A stretch of 64,000 nucleotides of DNA from Planctomycetota bacterium (GTDB lineage Bacteria; Planctomycetota; B15-G4; JADJEK01). The DNA lies in contig JBGAIQ010000022.1 of NCBI GenBank assembly GCA_044225365.1, positions 27,562 to 91,561 of the forward strand, given 5' to 3'. Positions 36,796 to 46,274 of the stretch are shown one piece after another. The notes below the pieces were generated by a model that did not search any database, was not told the DNA's origin, and saw only the letters and a program-made list of their open reading frames with translations. The position numbers were made by a program, and so were the translations under genes. Position 1 is the stretch's first letter; each line of letters begins with the position of its first letter.

Positions 36796-38118
36796 ATGCT
36801 CAATCTCCTGCTCCTCCTCGCGACGGCCCTCCCCCTCTCGGACAAGCTCCGCGAGGTCAACAAGGCCGATACCGAACTCAAGACCGACCTCGCCGAGCGC
36901 GATCTCGACGAGGTCTTCTCGTTGATCGAGACCACTCGAACGGCGACGAACGAGTTGTTCGCGCGACTCGATCTCGCGAAGAAGAGCACGCAGTCGCTTC
37001 GCATCCGTCTGTTCGCGCACGCCGCTGACTACGAGGACCTGCGGCGCCGCACGTTCAATCAGCGCACCGATGTCCATTCGATGTCGTTCTACGACGATCA
37101 GGATCGGACGATCGGCGCGGCCTGGGAAGGTGGCACGGATCGGGCGCGTGGCGAACTCCGCGGACAGATCGCGCGGCAGATGATGGACAACTACAGCAAG
37201 ACGGCGCCGCCGTGGCTGCGGGAAGCGATCTTCTGCTACCTCGAGGGATTGACGACCGATCCGTACGGTGACCCGATCGACTTCCTCAATCACGAACGTC
37301 TCGATCAGATCCGCCATGCGGTGGAACGCAACGAGTACTGTCCGCTCTACGAATTGATGGATCTGCGCGAGCCGCAGTTCTACGGCATCGCCGGTGCCGT
37401 CAACAACTCGAAGTACCCCCGCGAGACGCTGTATTCCGAATCGTGGGCGATCTTCTACTTCCTCTCGGGTTCGCCCGAACCCCAGGACAAGGCTCTCTTC
37501 AAGGCCGTGGGCGAGCGGCTCGAGACCGGACGCTGGTCGCAGTCGCAGTTCGAGAAGGCCCTCGCGGAACTGGAGCCGCGCTGGAAGCAGTTCCTGAGCG
37601 GCGACGCGGGCGGTCGCGCCGGCCAACTGCGCGCGGAGGCCTGGCAGGCGCTCGGGAAGAACGATCCTCGCCGCGCCCGCGACCTCGCCGCCGAAGCCGT
37701 CACGCTCGACAAATCGAGCGCGAGCGCGCAGCGAGCGCTGGGTCATGCCTCCCTCGCCGTCGGCGATCCCGTCGCCGCCATGGCGAGCTTCTCGGATCTG
37801 AAGAAACTTCGCCCGAAGGACGCCGACGCGGCGCTCGGCTACGCCAAGGCGTGCCTGCTGCGAGCCAAGGCGAGCGGGGATGCGAAGGATTTCGACGCCG
37901 CCATCGAGGCCGCCACGAGCGCCGGCGAGACCCTGCCGATGAAGGAGCGATACCAGGCCTACTGGCTCGCCGCCGAGATCGCCGACGCGAAGGGCGACAC
38001 GAAAGCCACGCTGAAGTGGGTTCGCGAGACCCGCAAGCAGAAGGGGCTCACGACCGATCTCGACAAGCAACTCGCCGAGTGGGAAGAGAAGCTCGTGAAG
38101 GCCGCGATCGGCAAGTGA
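36796..38118 (+). CDS. Secreted DUF1570-like/TPR protein
   Basis: Hydrophobic N-terminus. PPWLREAI..YLE and YSESWAIFYFL (peptidase-MA/DUF1570-like, but no HExxH). C-terminal TPR helices. Confidence 0.65.
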   Translation: MLNLLLLLATALPLSDKLREVNKADTELKTDLAERDLDEVFSLIETTRTATNELFARLDLAKKSTQSLRIRLFAHAADYEDLRRRTFNQRTDVHSMSFYDDQDRTIGAAWEGGTDRARGELRGQIARQMMDNYSKTAPPWLREAIFCYLEGLTTDPYGDPIDFLNHERLDQIRHAVERNEYCPLYELMDLREPQFYGIAGAVNNSKYPRETLYSESWAIFYFLSGSPEPQDKALFKAVGERLETGRWSQSQFEKALAELEPRWKQFLSGDAGGRAGQLRAEAWQALGKNDPRRARDLAAEAVTLDKSSASAQRALGHASLAVGDPVAAMASFSDLKKLRPKDADAALGYAKACLLRAKASGDAKDFDAAIEAATSAGETLPMKERYQAYWLAAEIADAKGDTKATLKWVRETRKQKGLTTDLDKQLAEWEEKLVKAAIGK

Positions 38119-38142
38119 GCGAGTACGACGACTCCGACTCGA

Positions 38143-38406
38143 TCACGCGTCTTCCTTTGCGATGACGAGATCCCGATCCGGAATGCAAATGCAGGTCATG
38201 AAACAACCACGCTCTACCTGCACGGCAGGTAGGGTTTCCTGGCAACCCGGCGGAACCGGTCCTTCGGTCACGCGCACGACGCAAGTCTTGCACGATCCGA
38301 TCTGGCAGTAGTACGGCACGTGGATCCGGTTTCGCAGCAAGGTCTGCAGGACGGTCTCCCCGGGCAGGGACTCGTAGTACCGATTCTCGAAGGTGATACC
38401 TGGCAT
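38143..38406 (-). CDS. 2Fe-2S ferredoxin
   Basis: MPGITFE..GETVL..LL..PYYCQIGSCKTC...C (CX4CX2C...C). 87 aa; the upstream extension in the ORF track is an NsrR shadow. Confidence 0.85.
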   Translation of the reverse strand: MPGITFENRYYESLPGETVLQTLLRNRIHVPYYCQIGSCKTCVVRVTEGPVPPGCQETLPAVQVERGCFMTCICIPDRDLVIAKEDA

Positions 38407-38475
38407 CCCACGATTTGACCAATTTCGATGCGAAGGAAGCGCACGCCTTCCTTCTCCGCGAGGCAAACTAGAGCC

Positions 38476-39006
38476 ATGAATCTGACTCGGTTCACCGACT
38501 ACGCCCTGCGCACGCTCATCTTCGTCGGCTTGCGCCGCGATCGCCTGTCCTCGATCCAGGAGGTCAGCGATGCTTTCCACATCTCCAAGAATCACCTGCT
38601 GAAGGTCGTGAACGAACTCGGGCAACAGGGTTTCCTGACGACGATCCGCGGCCGCAAGGGCGGACTCCAGCTCGGAAGACCGGCGGAGGAGATCGTGATC
38701 GGGGAGGTCGTGCGCGCGATGGAGCCCGGCTTCGAGTTGCTCGAGTGCTTCGAAGCGACTCGAGACCGATGCGTCATCACGACGCAATGCCGTTTGAAGG
38801 GGATCTTGCATCGCGCGCTCAACGGGTTCCTCGCCGAACTCGATTCCCATACGCTCGCCGATCTCGTTGGATCGCGTGAGGCCTTGCTCGCCGTGCTCGA
38901 CTCCAAGAAAACGGGCGCGACGGCCGAACCTAGCGGGTCGATGGTGTCGAAGGCGTCGAGTCCGCCCGCGTCACGAACGCGTCGGCGTGGATCTCGCGCA
39001 AACTAG
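38476..39006 (+). CDS. nsrR: Rrf2-family NO-sensing repressor NsrR
   Basis: MNLTRFTDYALRTL, ISKNHL.KVV..L, RGRKGG..L, and three Fe-S Cys (ECF...C...C). Confidence 0.88.
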   Translation: MNLTRFTDYALRTLIFVGLRRDRLSSIQEVSDAFHISKNHLLKVVNELGQQGFLTTIRGRKGGLQLGRPAEEIVIGEVVRAMEPGFELLECFEATRDRCVITTQCRLKGILHRALNGFLAELDSHTLADLVGSREALLAVLDSKKTGATAEPSGSMVSKASSPPASRTRRRGSRAN

Positions 39007-39925
39007 CGCCCCGCAGGAACACTTCGCGTCGTAGGGAATTCACGACTGCGGGCGCGCCGCACAGGAAGACGCGGTGCTGCGCGAACGACGGCTTGCGGTC
39101 GAACAGTCGACGGTCGAGCGGACGCGTATCGATCGCTTCGCCGCGGGCCTCGAGCGCGCTGTAGAGCACCTCGACGTTGGGATTCGCTCGCGCGATCGCT
39201 TCGAGTTCCGGTCGCGCGTACAGGCCAACGGGATCGAGTGCGCCGTGCAACACGAGGATCTCTCCGCGATGCTCGTGACGCAGGGCGTCGCGCAGGATGC
39301 CGAGGAGCGGCGCAATGCCCGTCCCCGTACCCGCGAGCACGAGCGGTTGGTCGGGCCGCCCCTTCACGTAGAAGCACGAGCCGCCCGGACCGCGAATCGA
39401 GATCCCGTCGCCGATCGCCACATCCTTCGCCAGGTAGTTGCTCATCGCGCCGCCGCGCACGACCTTCACGTGCAGCTCGAGGTTGCCGTCGATGTCGGGG
39501 AGATTCGCGACCGAGTAGCTCCGCACGAGGCCGTCCGTGCGCACGATTTGGATGAACTGTCCCGCTCGACACTCGAACGCGGCTTGCGGCTCGATACGCA
39601 GCACGATCACGTCCCCGCCGCGCGCTTCTCGGCGGACGATGCGCGACTTCACTTCGAGTTCCTGGTCGCCCGCGGACTCGATGACGAGATCGGTTTCGCA
39701 CGGAGTGATGCACGGGAGGAAGAATCCGCGTGCACGCAGCGGCGCCGAGAGACCCGCGCGGGCCGATTCTGGAACCTCACCCACCTTGACGCGTGCGAGG
39801 CAACTGAGACAGGCTCCGCTGCGGCACGAATAGGGATGATCGACGCCCGTTCGTAGAAGAGCGTCGAGCACGGTCTCCCCTGCTTCGCACTCGATCTCCC
39901 GCTCGCCGATCCGCAGGCGACTCAT
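38930..39925 (-). CDS. 2Fe-2S ferredoxin:FAD/NAD(P) oxidoreductase
   Basis: CRSGACLSC...C, RSYS FAD motif, GAMS, GTGTGIAP NAD motif, LCGAP, and DAF near the C-terminus. Confidence 0.92.
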   Translation of the reverse strand: MSRLRIGEREIECEAGETVLDALLRTGVDHPYSCRSGACLSCLARVKVGEVPESARAGLSAPLRARGFFLPCITPCETDLVIESAGDQELEVKSRIVRREARGGDVIVLRIEPQAAFECRAGQFIQIVRTDGLVRSYSVANLPDIDGNLELHVKVVRGGAMSNYLAKDVAIGDGISIRGPGGSCFYVKGRPDQPLVLAGTGTGIAPLLGILRDALRHEHRGEILVLHGALDPVGLYARPELEAIARANPNVEVLYSALEARGEAIDTRPLDRRLFDRKPSFAQHRVFLCGAPAVVNSLRREVFLRGASLREIHADAFVTRADSTPSTPSTR

Positions 39926-39928
39926 GCT

Positions 39929-40315
39929 TCAGGGACGCTTCGCTACGGGTGTGCGGCTGAGCACGTCATCGCGCACCGAGTTCGCGAGTGCCGCGACCGC
40001 CGCGATATCGGATGCCGAGACCCCGAGCTCTTTCAGCGTGGCTCCAAGATGCTCGATGACGATGTCGACGTGGGAATCGTTCAGCCCCTGCTTCACGAGA
40101 TGCTCGTGCCCCTTTCGCATGTCCTTCCCGGTGTACGAATTCGGGCCACCCGTCACCATGGTGAGGAACCCGGCCTGCTTCCCCATCTGACGCTCCATGT
40201 CCACGCCCTCGAAGAAGCGTGCGACGCGGCCATCCGCGAGCATCTTGCGGTAGAAGATCTCGACGGCGGCATCGATCGCGGGGCGGCCACCAAGGCGGTC
40301 GTAGAGGGAGGGCAT
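39929..40315 (-). CDS. glbN: Group 1 truncated hemoglobin (trHbN)
   Basis: SLYDRLGG..AI..AV..FY, FF...DM..Q..KQ..F, GGP..YTG..M..GH proximal His. Confidence 0.93.
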   Translation of the reverse strand: MPSLYDRLGGRPAIDAAVEIFYRKMLADGRVARFFEGVDMERQMGKQAGFLTMVTGGPNSYTGKDMRKGHEHLVKQGLNDSHVDIVIEHLGATLKELGVSASDIAAVAALANSVRDDVLSRTPVAKRP

Positions 40316-40329
40316 GTCGAACTCCGTTG

Positions 40330-40354
40330 AAAGATGTACTGTGTATACATCTTT
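40330..40354. promoter_or_regulatory. NsrR-type operator
   Basis: AAAGATGTA-CTGTGTA-TACATCTTT, an AT-rich palindrome 15 nt upstream of glbN, matching the 11-1-11 NsrR consensus AAGATGYATTTnAAATRCATCTT in its outer 8 bp. Confidence 0.8.
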
Positions 40355-40430
40355 TCGGATGTTCGAGGCCGACGCAAGAGCAAATTCTCGCTCGCTCGAT
40401 CGAAGGACCCCGGCAAAGAAGCCGGGTCGT

Positions 40431-42233
40431 TCAGTCGCGATACGTGGTGTCCGCGCCCTGGTTCTGCTTCTTCAGCCATTCGTAGAGCGGCGCGTAGTAG
40501 GCCAACATCGCGCGCGCCGAGAGTTCCTCGCCCGTCGCCTCACGTAGCAGTTCACGCCAGTCGCGCGTGCGGCCCGCCGCCAGGATCTTGCGCAGGAACT
40601 CCCCCGCTTCCTTGCTGTTCCGGTAGTCGGCATCACGAACGTCCTGCTTCAGGATCTTCGTCGCGATGTGCTCGTGGAGTTGGAACTTCACGACGGTCGC
40701 GAGGGCGTAGTCGTAGTACTGCGCGGGATCGTCGTTGATGTGGGTCTTCGTCGCTGCGTCGCAGAATCCGTCGTGGTCGTAGCGCGGCGAGGGCGGGTCG
40801 ATGCCCTGGTAGTACTGGACGTACTGCCACCAACGTTCGTTGTACTCGTTCGGGGAGAGATTGCCGTCGTAGAGATCGTGTTCGAAGTGCGACATCACGC
40901 CCGCCGCCCACGCGAGCAACGGAACCGACGTCATTGCATCGTTCAGGAGCCACTGGATCGAATCGATCTTGTTGCCCTTCATCACACCGACGTCGCGCAG
41001 ATAACTCTGCTGCGAGGCGGCGAGCGAGATCAACTCACCAATGCCTTCATGGAACGCGCGGTTCGCGCCGTCGCGAAGCACGAAGGGCACCTCCGGCCGC
41101 GAGTACTGCAGGTAGTAGTGGATGTGCCCGAGTTCGTGATGCGCCGTCGTGAACCACTCGAAGTTGTTCGTGACGTTCATCAGCGAGCGCACGTCGTGAT
41201 CGAGATCGATGTGCCAGGCCGTCGCGTGCGTGTTCTTCTTGCGCGTCGCGTTCGGCGGCAACTCGTAGAGGTCGGACTTCTCCTTGAACGTTTGCGGCAA
41301 TTCGGGGAAGCCCATCGAGACGTAGAACGCCTGCGCCGCGTCGACGACCTGCTGCGGCGTCATGCCGGAGAACAGGGGATCGAGGTCGATGCCGTCGACG
41401 ATGCCCGGCCACTCCTGGCCCCATCGATTGCCGAGCCAGTGCGCCGGAATGCGCTTCGGGGTCGACTGGCCGTATCGATTCGCGAGCGTTCGCTTCGTGT
41501 ACGTGTGGAGTTCGCGGAACAGCGGCTCGATATCGGCGAGGCACTTGTCGAGGAGCGTCATCATCTCCTGCGAGGTCATGCCGTAGTCCGCGACCTGGAG
41601 CGCGAAGAAGCCGTCGTAGCCCATTTCCTTCGCGATCTGATTGCGCAGCGCCTGGAGTTCGACGAGGCCCGGTCGCAGGGGCTTGCCGATCGCCTTGGCG
41701 GCCTCCCACGCGCGAGCGCGCTCGTCGAGATCGTGCGACTTCTGAAGGATCTCGTCGATTCCGTTGGCGGTGATCTTCTGCGAACTGCCGTCGGGCTGCT
41801 TCATCTGGAACTCGTAGGAGTTCATCGCCGACGCCTGCTTCTGCTCGGCCGCGATCCTTCGCTTCACGACGTCCGGAATCGTTCCCGGGTTGTTCGCCGC
41901 AGTGAGCAGGACCACGTCGAGTTGCCGACGTTCGAGATCCTGGAGGCCGGGCCGCGCGATCAGTGAGCGCGCCTTCTCGATCGTCTCCTTCTTGCCCGCG
42001 AATTCCGCGAAGGCGCCGTTCGCGACGACCGCCGCGGCGTCATGCGCGTCGGTGACGTCCGTGACCGATTGCCACTGCGCCTCGTTGGCCTTCGTCATCA
42101 ACTCCCGGAACTGCGTGTTGTAGGCGGTCAGGAAGGCTTCGACCTCGGGATCTGCTTTCGGGCCGAACAGTGAGCAGGCGGCGGTGATCGCGACGAGTGC
42201 GGAAGACGCGACGAGTACGGAGCGACGTGACAT
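40431..42233 (-). CDS. M2-family peptidyl-dipeptidase A (ACE-like) lipoprotein
   Basis: ITAAC lipobox, IPAHWLGNRWGQEW, HHELGH, GAN.AFHEGIGE, DAATKTHI. Confidence 0.92.
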   Translation of the reverse strand: MSRRSVLVASSALVAITAACSLFGPKADPEVEAFLTAYNTQFRELMTKANEAQWQSVTDVTDAHDAAAVVANGAFAEFAGKKETIEKARSLIARPGLQDLERRQLDVVLLTAANNPGTIPDVVKRRIAAEQKQASAMNSYEFQMKQPDGSSQKITANGIDEILQKSHDLDERARAWEAAKAIGKPLRPGLVELQALRNQIAKEMGYDGFFALQVADYGMTSQEMMTLLDKCLADIEPLFRELHTYTKRTLANRYGQSTPKRIPAHWLGNRWGQEWPGIVDGIDLDPLFSGMTPQQVVDAAQAFYVSMGFPELPQTFKEKSDLYELPPNATRKKNTHATAWHIDLDHDVRSLMNVTNNFEWFTTAHHELGHIHYYLQYSRPEVPFVLRDGANRAFHEGIGELISLAASQQSYLRDVGVMKGNKIDSIQWLLNDAMTSVPLLAWAAGVMSHFEHDLYDGNLSPNEYNERWWQYVQYYQGIDPPSPRYDHDGFCDAATKTHINDDPAQYYDYALATVVKFQLHEHIATKILKQDVRDADYRNSKEAGEFLRKILAAGRTRDWRELLREATGEELSARAMLAYYAPLYEWLKKQNQGADTTYRD

Positions 42234-42338
42234 GGATCGAGTCCTCGAGTTCTTTGACGACGCGGGAGCCTATCAAATGCCCACGTGCGTCGGGTAAGAA
42301 GTCGAGACGACCGTCTGTTCCCGACCGCGGAGATTGCC

Positions 42339-44000
42339 TTGACCACCGCTCCCGACTCGATCGCGCTCGCACCGATCGCGGACATCGCTGCGCGACTCGG
42401 ACTCGCCGACGCCGATCTCTTCCACTACGGCCCGCACATCGCGAAGGTCTCGCCGAACGTCCTTCACCGTCCCCGTTCGCGGCAGACGCCATCTCGTCTC
42501 GTGCTGGTCTCCGCGATCACGCCGACGCCCGCGGGGGAGGGCAAGACCACGACGACGATCGGTCTCGGCCAGGCGCTGCAGAAGATCGGCAAGTCGGTGT
42601 GCATCGCATTGCGCGAGCCGTCCCTCGGCCCCTGCCTCGGCGTGAAGGGCGGTGCGACCGGAGGCGGCAAGAGCTGCATTCATCCGGCCGAACGGATCAA
42701 CCTCCACTTCACGGGCGATTTCCACGCGATCACGTCGGCGCACAACCTGCTCGCCGCGATCCTCGACAACCATCTCTACTTCGACAATCGGTTGCGCATC
42801 GACTCGCGGCGGATCCTGTGGCGACGCGTGCTCGACATGAACGATCGCGCACTGCGCAACGTGATCGTCGGCCTCGGCGGCACGCTCCAGGGCTTTCCGC
42901 GAGAGACGGGATTCGACATCACCGCCGCGTCCGAGGTGATGGCGATGCTCTGTCTCGCCTCCGACTTCGACGACCTGCGCGCCCGCATCGACCGCACGCT
43001 CGTCGCCTTCACGTACGAAGGCGAGCCCGTGACCGCGGGTCGTCTTCACGCAACGGGGGCGATGCTCGCCCTGCTCTACGACGCGCTGCAGCCCAATCTG
43101 GTGCAGTCGACCGAAGGCGTTCCTGCGCTCGTCCACGGTGGCCCATTCGCGAACATCGCGCACGGGTGCAACAGCCTGATCGCGACTCGGACGGCACTCC
43201 ATCTCGCGGACTACGCGGTGACGGAGGCCGGGTTCGGATTCGATCTCGGCGCCGAGAAGTTCTTCGACATCAAGGCGACGGTCGGCGGCCTCCAGCCCGC
43301 GGCCGTCGTGCTCGTCGCGACCTGCCGTGCGCTGCGCATGCACGGTGGAGCCGACAAGGCTTCACTCCAACGCCCCGACCCCGCCGCGGTGACGCGCGGC
43401 CTCCCCAATCTCGAGAAGCACATCGAGAACATCGGCAGTTTCGGCCATCGCTCGATCGTCGCGCTCAACCGTTTCCATACCGATACCGAGGAGGAGATCG
43501 ACGTCGTTCGCCGCCGTTGTGCCGAACTGAACGTGCCCTTCGCGGTCGCTGACCACTTCGCTCGCGGCGGAGAAGGCGCCGTCGAACTCGCGAAGATCGT
43601 CGTCGACGCCGCAGCACCCGGCCCCCGCGCAGTGCTTCCGCTGTACGCGCCGGACGATTCGATCGCGGACAAGATCCTCAAGGTCGCGAAGCGGATGTAT
43701 GGGGCGCGCAACGTCGTCTTCACCAAGGCCGCCGAACGCGATCTGCGCGACGTGATGAAGCTCGGCTACGCGACGCTGCCGATCTGCATCGCAAAAACGC
43801 AGAACTCCCTCAGCGACGACCCGGGCCGACGCGGTCGGCCGCGCGATTTCGACATCACGGTTCGAGGTGTTCAGATCAATGCCGGCGCCGGCTTCCTCGT
43901 CGTCCTGACGGGGGACATCCTGCGCATGCCTGGACTTCCCGAGCGACCGCTCGCCGAGGATCTCGACGTCAAAAACGGCAAGATCGTCGGCCTCCTTTGA
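42339..44000 (+). CDS. fhs: Formate--tetrahydrofolate ligase
   Basis: TPAGEGKTT, LREPSLGP, KGGATGGG, NLHFTGDFHAI, HGGPFANIAHG, TEAGFG.DLG.EKF, MPGLP. TTG start chosen behind GGAG. Confidence 0.96.
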   Translation: MTTAPDSIALAPIADIAARLGLADADLFHYGPHIAKVSPNVLHRPRSRQTPSRLVLVSAITPTPAGEGKTTTTIGLGQALQKIGKSVCIALREPSLGPCLGVKGGATGGGKSCIHPAERINLHFTGDFHAITSAHNLLAAILDNHLYFDNRLRIDSRRILWRRVLDMNDRALRNVIVGLGGTLQGFPRETGFDITAASEVMAMLCLASDFDDLRARIDRTLVAFTYEGEPVTAGRLHATGAMLALLYDALQPNLVQSTEGVPALVHGGPFANIAHGCNSLIATRTALHLADYAVTEAGFGFDLGAEKFFDIKATVGGLQPAAVVLVATCRALRMHGGADKASLQRPDPAAVTRGLPNLEKHIENIGSFGHRSIVALNRFHTDTEEEIDVVRRRCAELNVPFAVADHFARGGEGAVELAKIVVDAAAPGPRAVLPLYAPDDSIADKILKVAKRMYGARNVVFTKAAERDLRDVMKLGYATLPICIAKTQNSLSDDPGRRGRPRDFDITVRGVQINAGAGFLVVLTGDILRMPGLPERPLAEDLDVKNGKIVGLL

Positions 44001-44028
44001 TCCCGACAGCTCAGTTCCCGCTTGGAAC

Positions 44029-44068
44029 ATGACAACGGAAACGATTGTCGATATGACGGATAAGTCAT
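44029..44068. promoter_or_regulatory. CusR/CopR-like operator
   Basis: ATGAC-N6-GTCAT at 44053-44068 (same spacing as the CusR box ATGACAAnnTTGTCAT), plus ATGACAA...TTGTC at 44029-44049, upstream of the response regulator. Confidence 0.55.
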
Positions 44069-44154
44069 CGCGCCGACTTTTGGGGGCGTGATATCACAGG
44101 CGTGTGAATCGTGCCGGCGCAGAGCGAACGCTCTCGCTTTCGTGAGGAGTACGC

Positions 44155-44823
44155 ATGAAGATCCTCGTGGTCGACGACGATCCGAAGTACCGCGCTTACA
44201 TGCAGCGTGGGTTGTCGGAGTCCGGACTCACTTGTTCACTCGCACCCGACGGCGAGACGGCTCTCCAACTGTTGCGGAAGGAGAAGTTCGACCTCGTCCT
44301 GCTCGATGTCATGCTCCCGGGCCTTCAGGGCTGGGACGTCCTCGAAGCGCTGCGAGCCGAGGGCAACACGGTCCCCGTCATCTTCATCACGGCGCGCGAT
44401 GCGGTCGATGAGCGGGTGAAGGGGCTGCGATCGGGCGGCGACGACTACATCGTGAAGCCGTTCGCGTTCGCCGAGCTCGTGGCCCGCATCCACGTCGTCC
44501 TGCGACGCAATCGGCAGAAGACGACGGAGAAGGTCGGCAACCTCGAAGTCGATCTCCTGACCCACAAGGCCACCCGCGACGGGCGCACGATCGATCTCAC
44601 GCCGACCGAATTCTCGCTCCTCAAAGCGCTTCTCGATCGCAAGGGCGAGCCGATCACGCGCACCGAATTGCTACAGTCGGTCTGGAACATCAACTTCGAT
44701 CCCGGCACCAACGTCGTCGAGGTCCAGATCCGTCGCCTGCGGCGGAAGATCGACGATCCGTTCGGCTCGCCGTTGATCCATACGGTTCGAGGCGTCGGAT
44801 ATGCAATTCGCGCGGAAGAGTGA
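44155..44823 (+). CDS. OmpR-family response regulator (CusR/CzcR-like)
   Basis: GAGGAG RBS. LLDVMLPG phosphoacceptor, TARDAVDERVKGL..G.DDY.VKPFAF.EL, TNVVEVQIRRLR.KID, IHTVRGVGY. Confidence 0.93.
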   Translation: MKILVVDDDPKYRAYMQRGLSESGLTCSLAPDGETALQLLRKEKFDLVLLDVMLPGLQGWDVLEALRAEGNTVPVIFITARDAVDERVKGLRSGGDDYIVKPFAFAELVARIHVVLRRNRQKTTEKVGNLEVDLLTHKATRDGRTIDLTPTEFSLLKALLDRKGEPITRTELLQSVWNINFDPGTNVVEVQIRRLRRKIDDPFGSPLIHTVRGVGYAIRAEE

Positions 44824-46204
44824 TCGCGGCTGGTCGCTGACTCGGCGCATGGCGCTGATGTTCGCGATCACGACGAGCGCGATCCTGTTCCTCTACGGGC
44901 TCTTCTCGCTCTACTTCGTGTTCGACATGGTTCGTCGGAACATGAAGTCGTTCATGGAGCACGAACTCACCGAACTCGATCACAACCTCCAGGAATCGGG
45001 TTGGTCGCCGCCGCAGGCCGAGAAGGCGCTCGACAAGTTGATGGACGTGATGGAAGAGGACCAGGCCGCCGCGGTCCGAATCCGCAGTCTCGACGGGACG
45101 CTCTACGCGGAGAAGGGCAAGGCCCGCCTGTTGAAGGCGGTCCGTGAGGCCATCGAACCCGACTCCCGCTGGCGCGAGCACCTCTTCGACGATCAGGTCG
45201 CGACGAAGGCGATCAAGTCGAGCAAGCTTCCGTTCACGCTCGAGATCATCGTCGACCTGCACCACCAACTCGACCAGCTCCAGGAGTACGCCGTCGCGGC
45301 GATCCTGTCCTTCATCGCAGCCCTCGGCCTCGCGGCCCTCGCCGGGTTCTCGACGTCGTATCGCGGGCTCGCCTCGCTGCGCGACGTCGCGGCCCAGGCG
45401 AAGAAGCTCGGCCTGCCGACCGAAGGCGAACGCATCCACGTCGACGACGCGCCAATCGAGATCCGCGACGTCGGCGTCGCCCTCAATGCGATGCTCGGCC
45501 GAATCCAGTCGGGCCTCGACAACATCCGCACCTTCACGGCTGGGCTGGCGCACGAGCTGCGATCACCGCTGATGAACCTGATCGGCGAAACCGAAGTCAC
45601 GTTGCTCGCTCCGCGCAGCGTCGCGGAGTACGAGGAGTTGCTGCGCAGCAACCTCGAGGACCTGCACTACCTGTCCGAGACCGTCGACAATCTCGTCGCC
45701 TACTGCCACACGAGTCAGCCCGAAGCGAATCACATCCGCTCGGAAGAATTCGATCTCGCCCACGAGGCGGGCCTCCGCCTCGAGAGCATGCGCCGCAACG
45801 CGCAGCGCGAGGGGGTCGAAGTCATCACCCGATCGAGCGGTTCGACGACCCTCCAAGCCGATCGCGAAGGCTGCCTCCGCGTTTTGCGAAATCTCGTCGG
45901 CAATGCCATCACCTGGTCGCCCGCGGGCAGCAAGGTCGACGTGCTCATCGAAGGCTCCGAGAACGACGTCCGGATCATCGTCACGGACCAAGGCCCAGGC
46001 GTCCCGGCCGAGCTCGGCGATCGGATCTTCGAGCCCTTCGTCTCGGGCCGGCAGAAGTTCGGCAAGCGTTCGGGCTACGGTTTGGGGCTCGCGATCTGCA
46101 AATCGGTGATGACCGAACACGGTGGCAGTCTCGCGTACGTCAACCGACCCGGCGGCGGCGCGCAGTTCACGGCGGTGTTCCCGAGGATCGCGAAGCCGAC
46201 GTGA
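44801..46204 (+). CDS. Sensor histidine kinase (CusS/CzcS-like)
   Basis: Two TMs, HAMP, AHELRSPL H-box, NLVGNAI N-box, DQGPG, and GYGLGLAI. Confidence 0.92.
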   Translation: MQFARKSDRGWSLTRRMALMFAITTSAILFLYGLFSLYFVFDMVRRNMKSFMEHELTELDHNLQESGWSPPQAEKALDKLMDVMEEDQAAAVRIRSLDGTLYAEKGKARLLKAVREAIEPDSRWREHLFDDQVATKAIKSSKLPFTLEIIVDLHHQLDQLQEYAVAAILSFIAALGLAALAGFSTSYRGLASLRDVAAQAKKLGLPTEGERIHVDDAPIEIRDVGVALNAMLGRIQSGLDNIRTFTAGLAHELRSPLMNLIGETEVTLLAPRSVAEYEELLRSNLEDLHYLSETVDNLVAYCHTSQPEANHIRSEEFDLAHEAGLRLESMRRNAQREGVEVITRSSGSTTLQADREGCLRVLRNLVGNAITWSPAGSKVDVLIEGSENDVRIIVTDQGPGVPAELGDRIFEPFVSGRQKFGKRSGYGLGLAICKSVMTEHGGSLAYVNRPGGGAQFTAVFPRIAKPT

Positions 46205-46274
46205 GTCGACGGTCGCCGAACAAAACCACCAGCACCTTCACTAATGTGGGTCGGTTCGTCGAGAATCATCGACG

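Noticed and set aside
42234-42338. ZTP or THF riboswitch upstream of fhs
   Set aside because: The 105-nt divergent gap has only a weak GTCGGG/CCCGAC pairing, and I could not find the conserved riboswitch motifs by eye. An Rfam scan would settle it.
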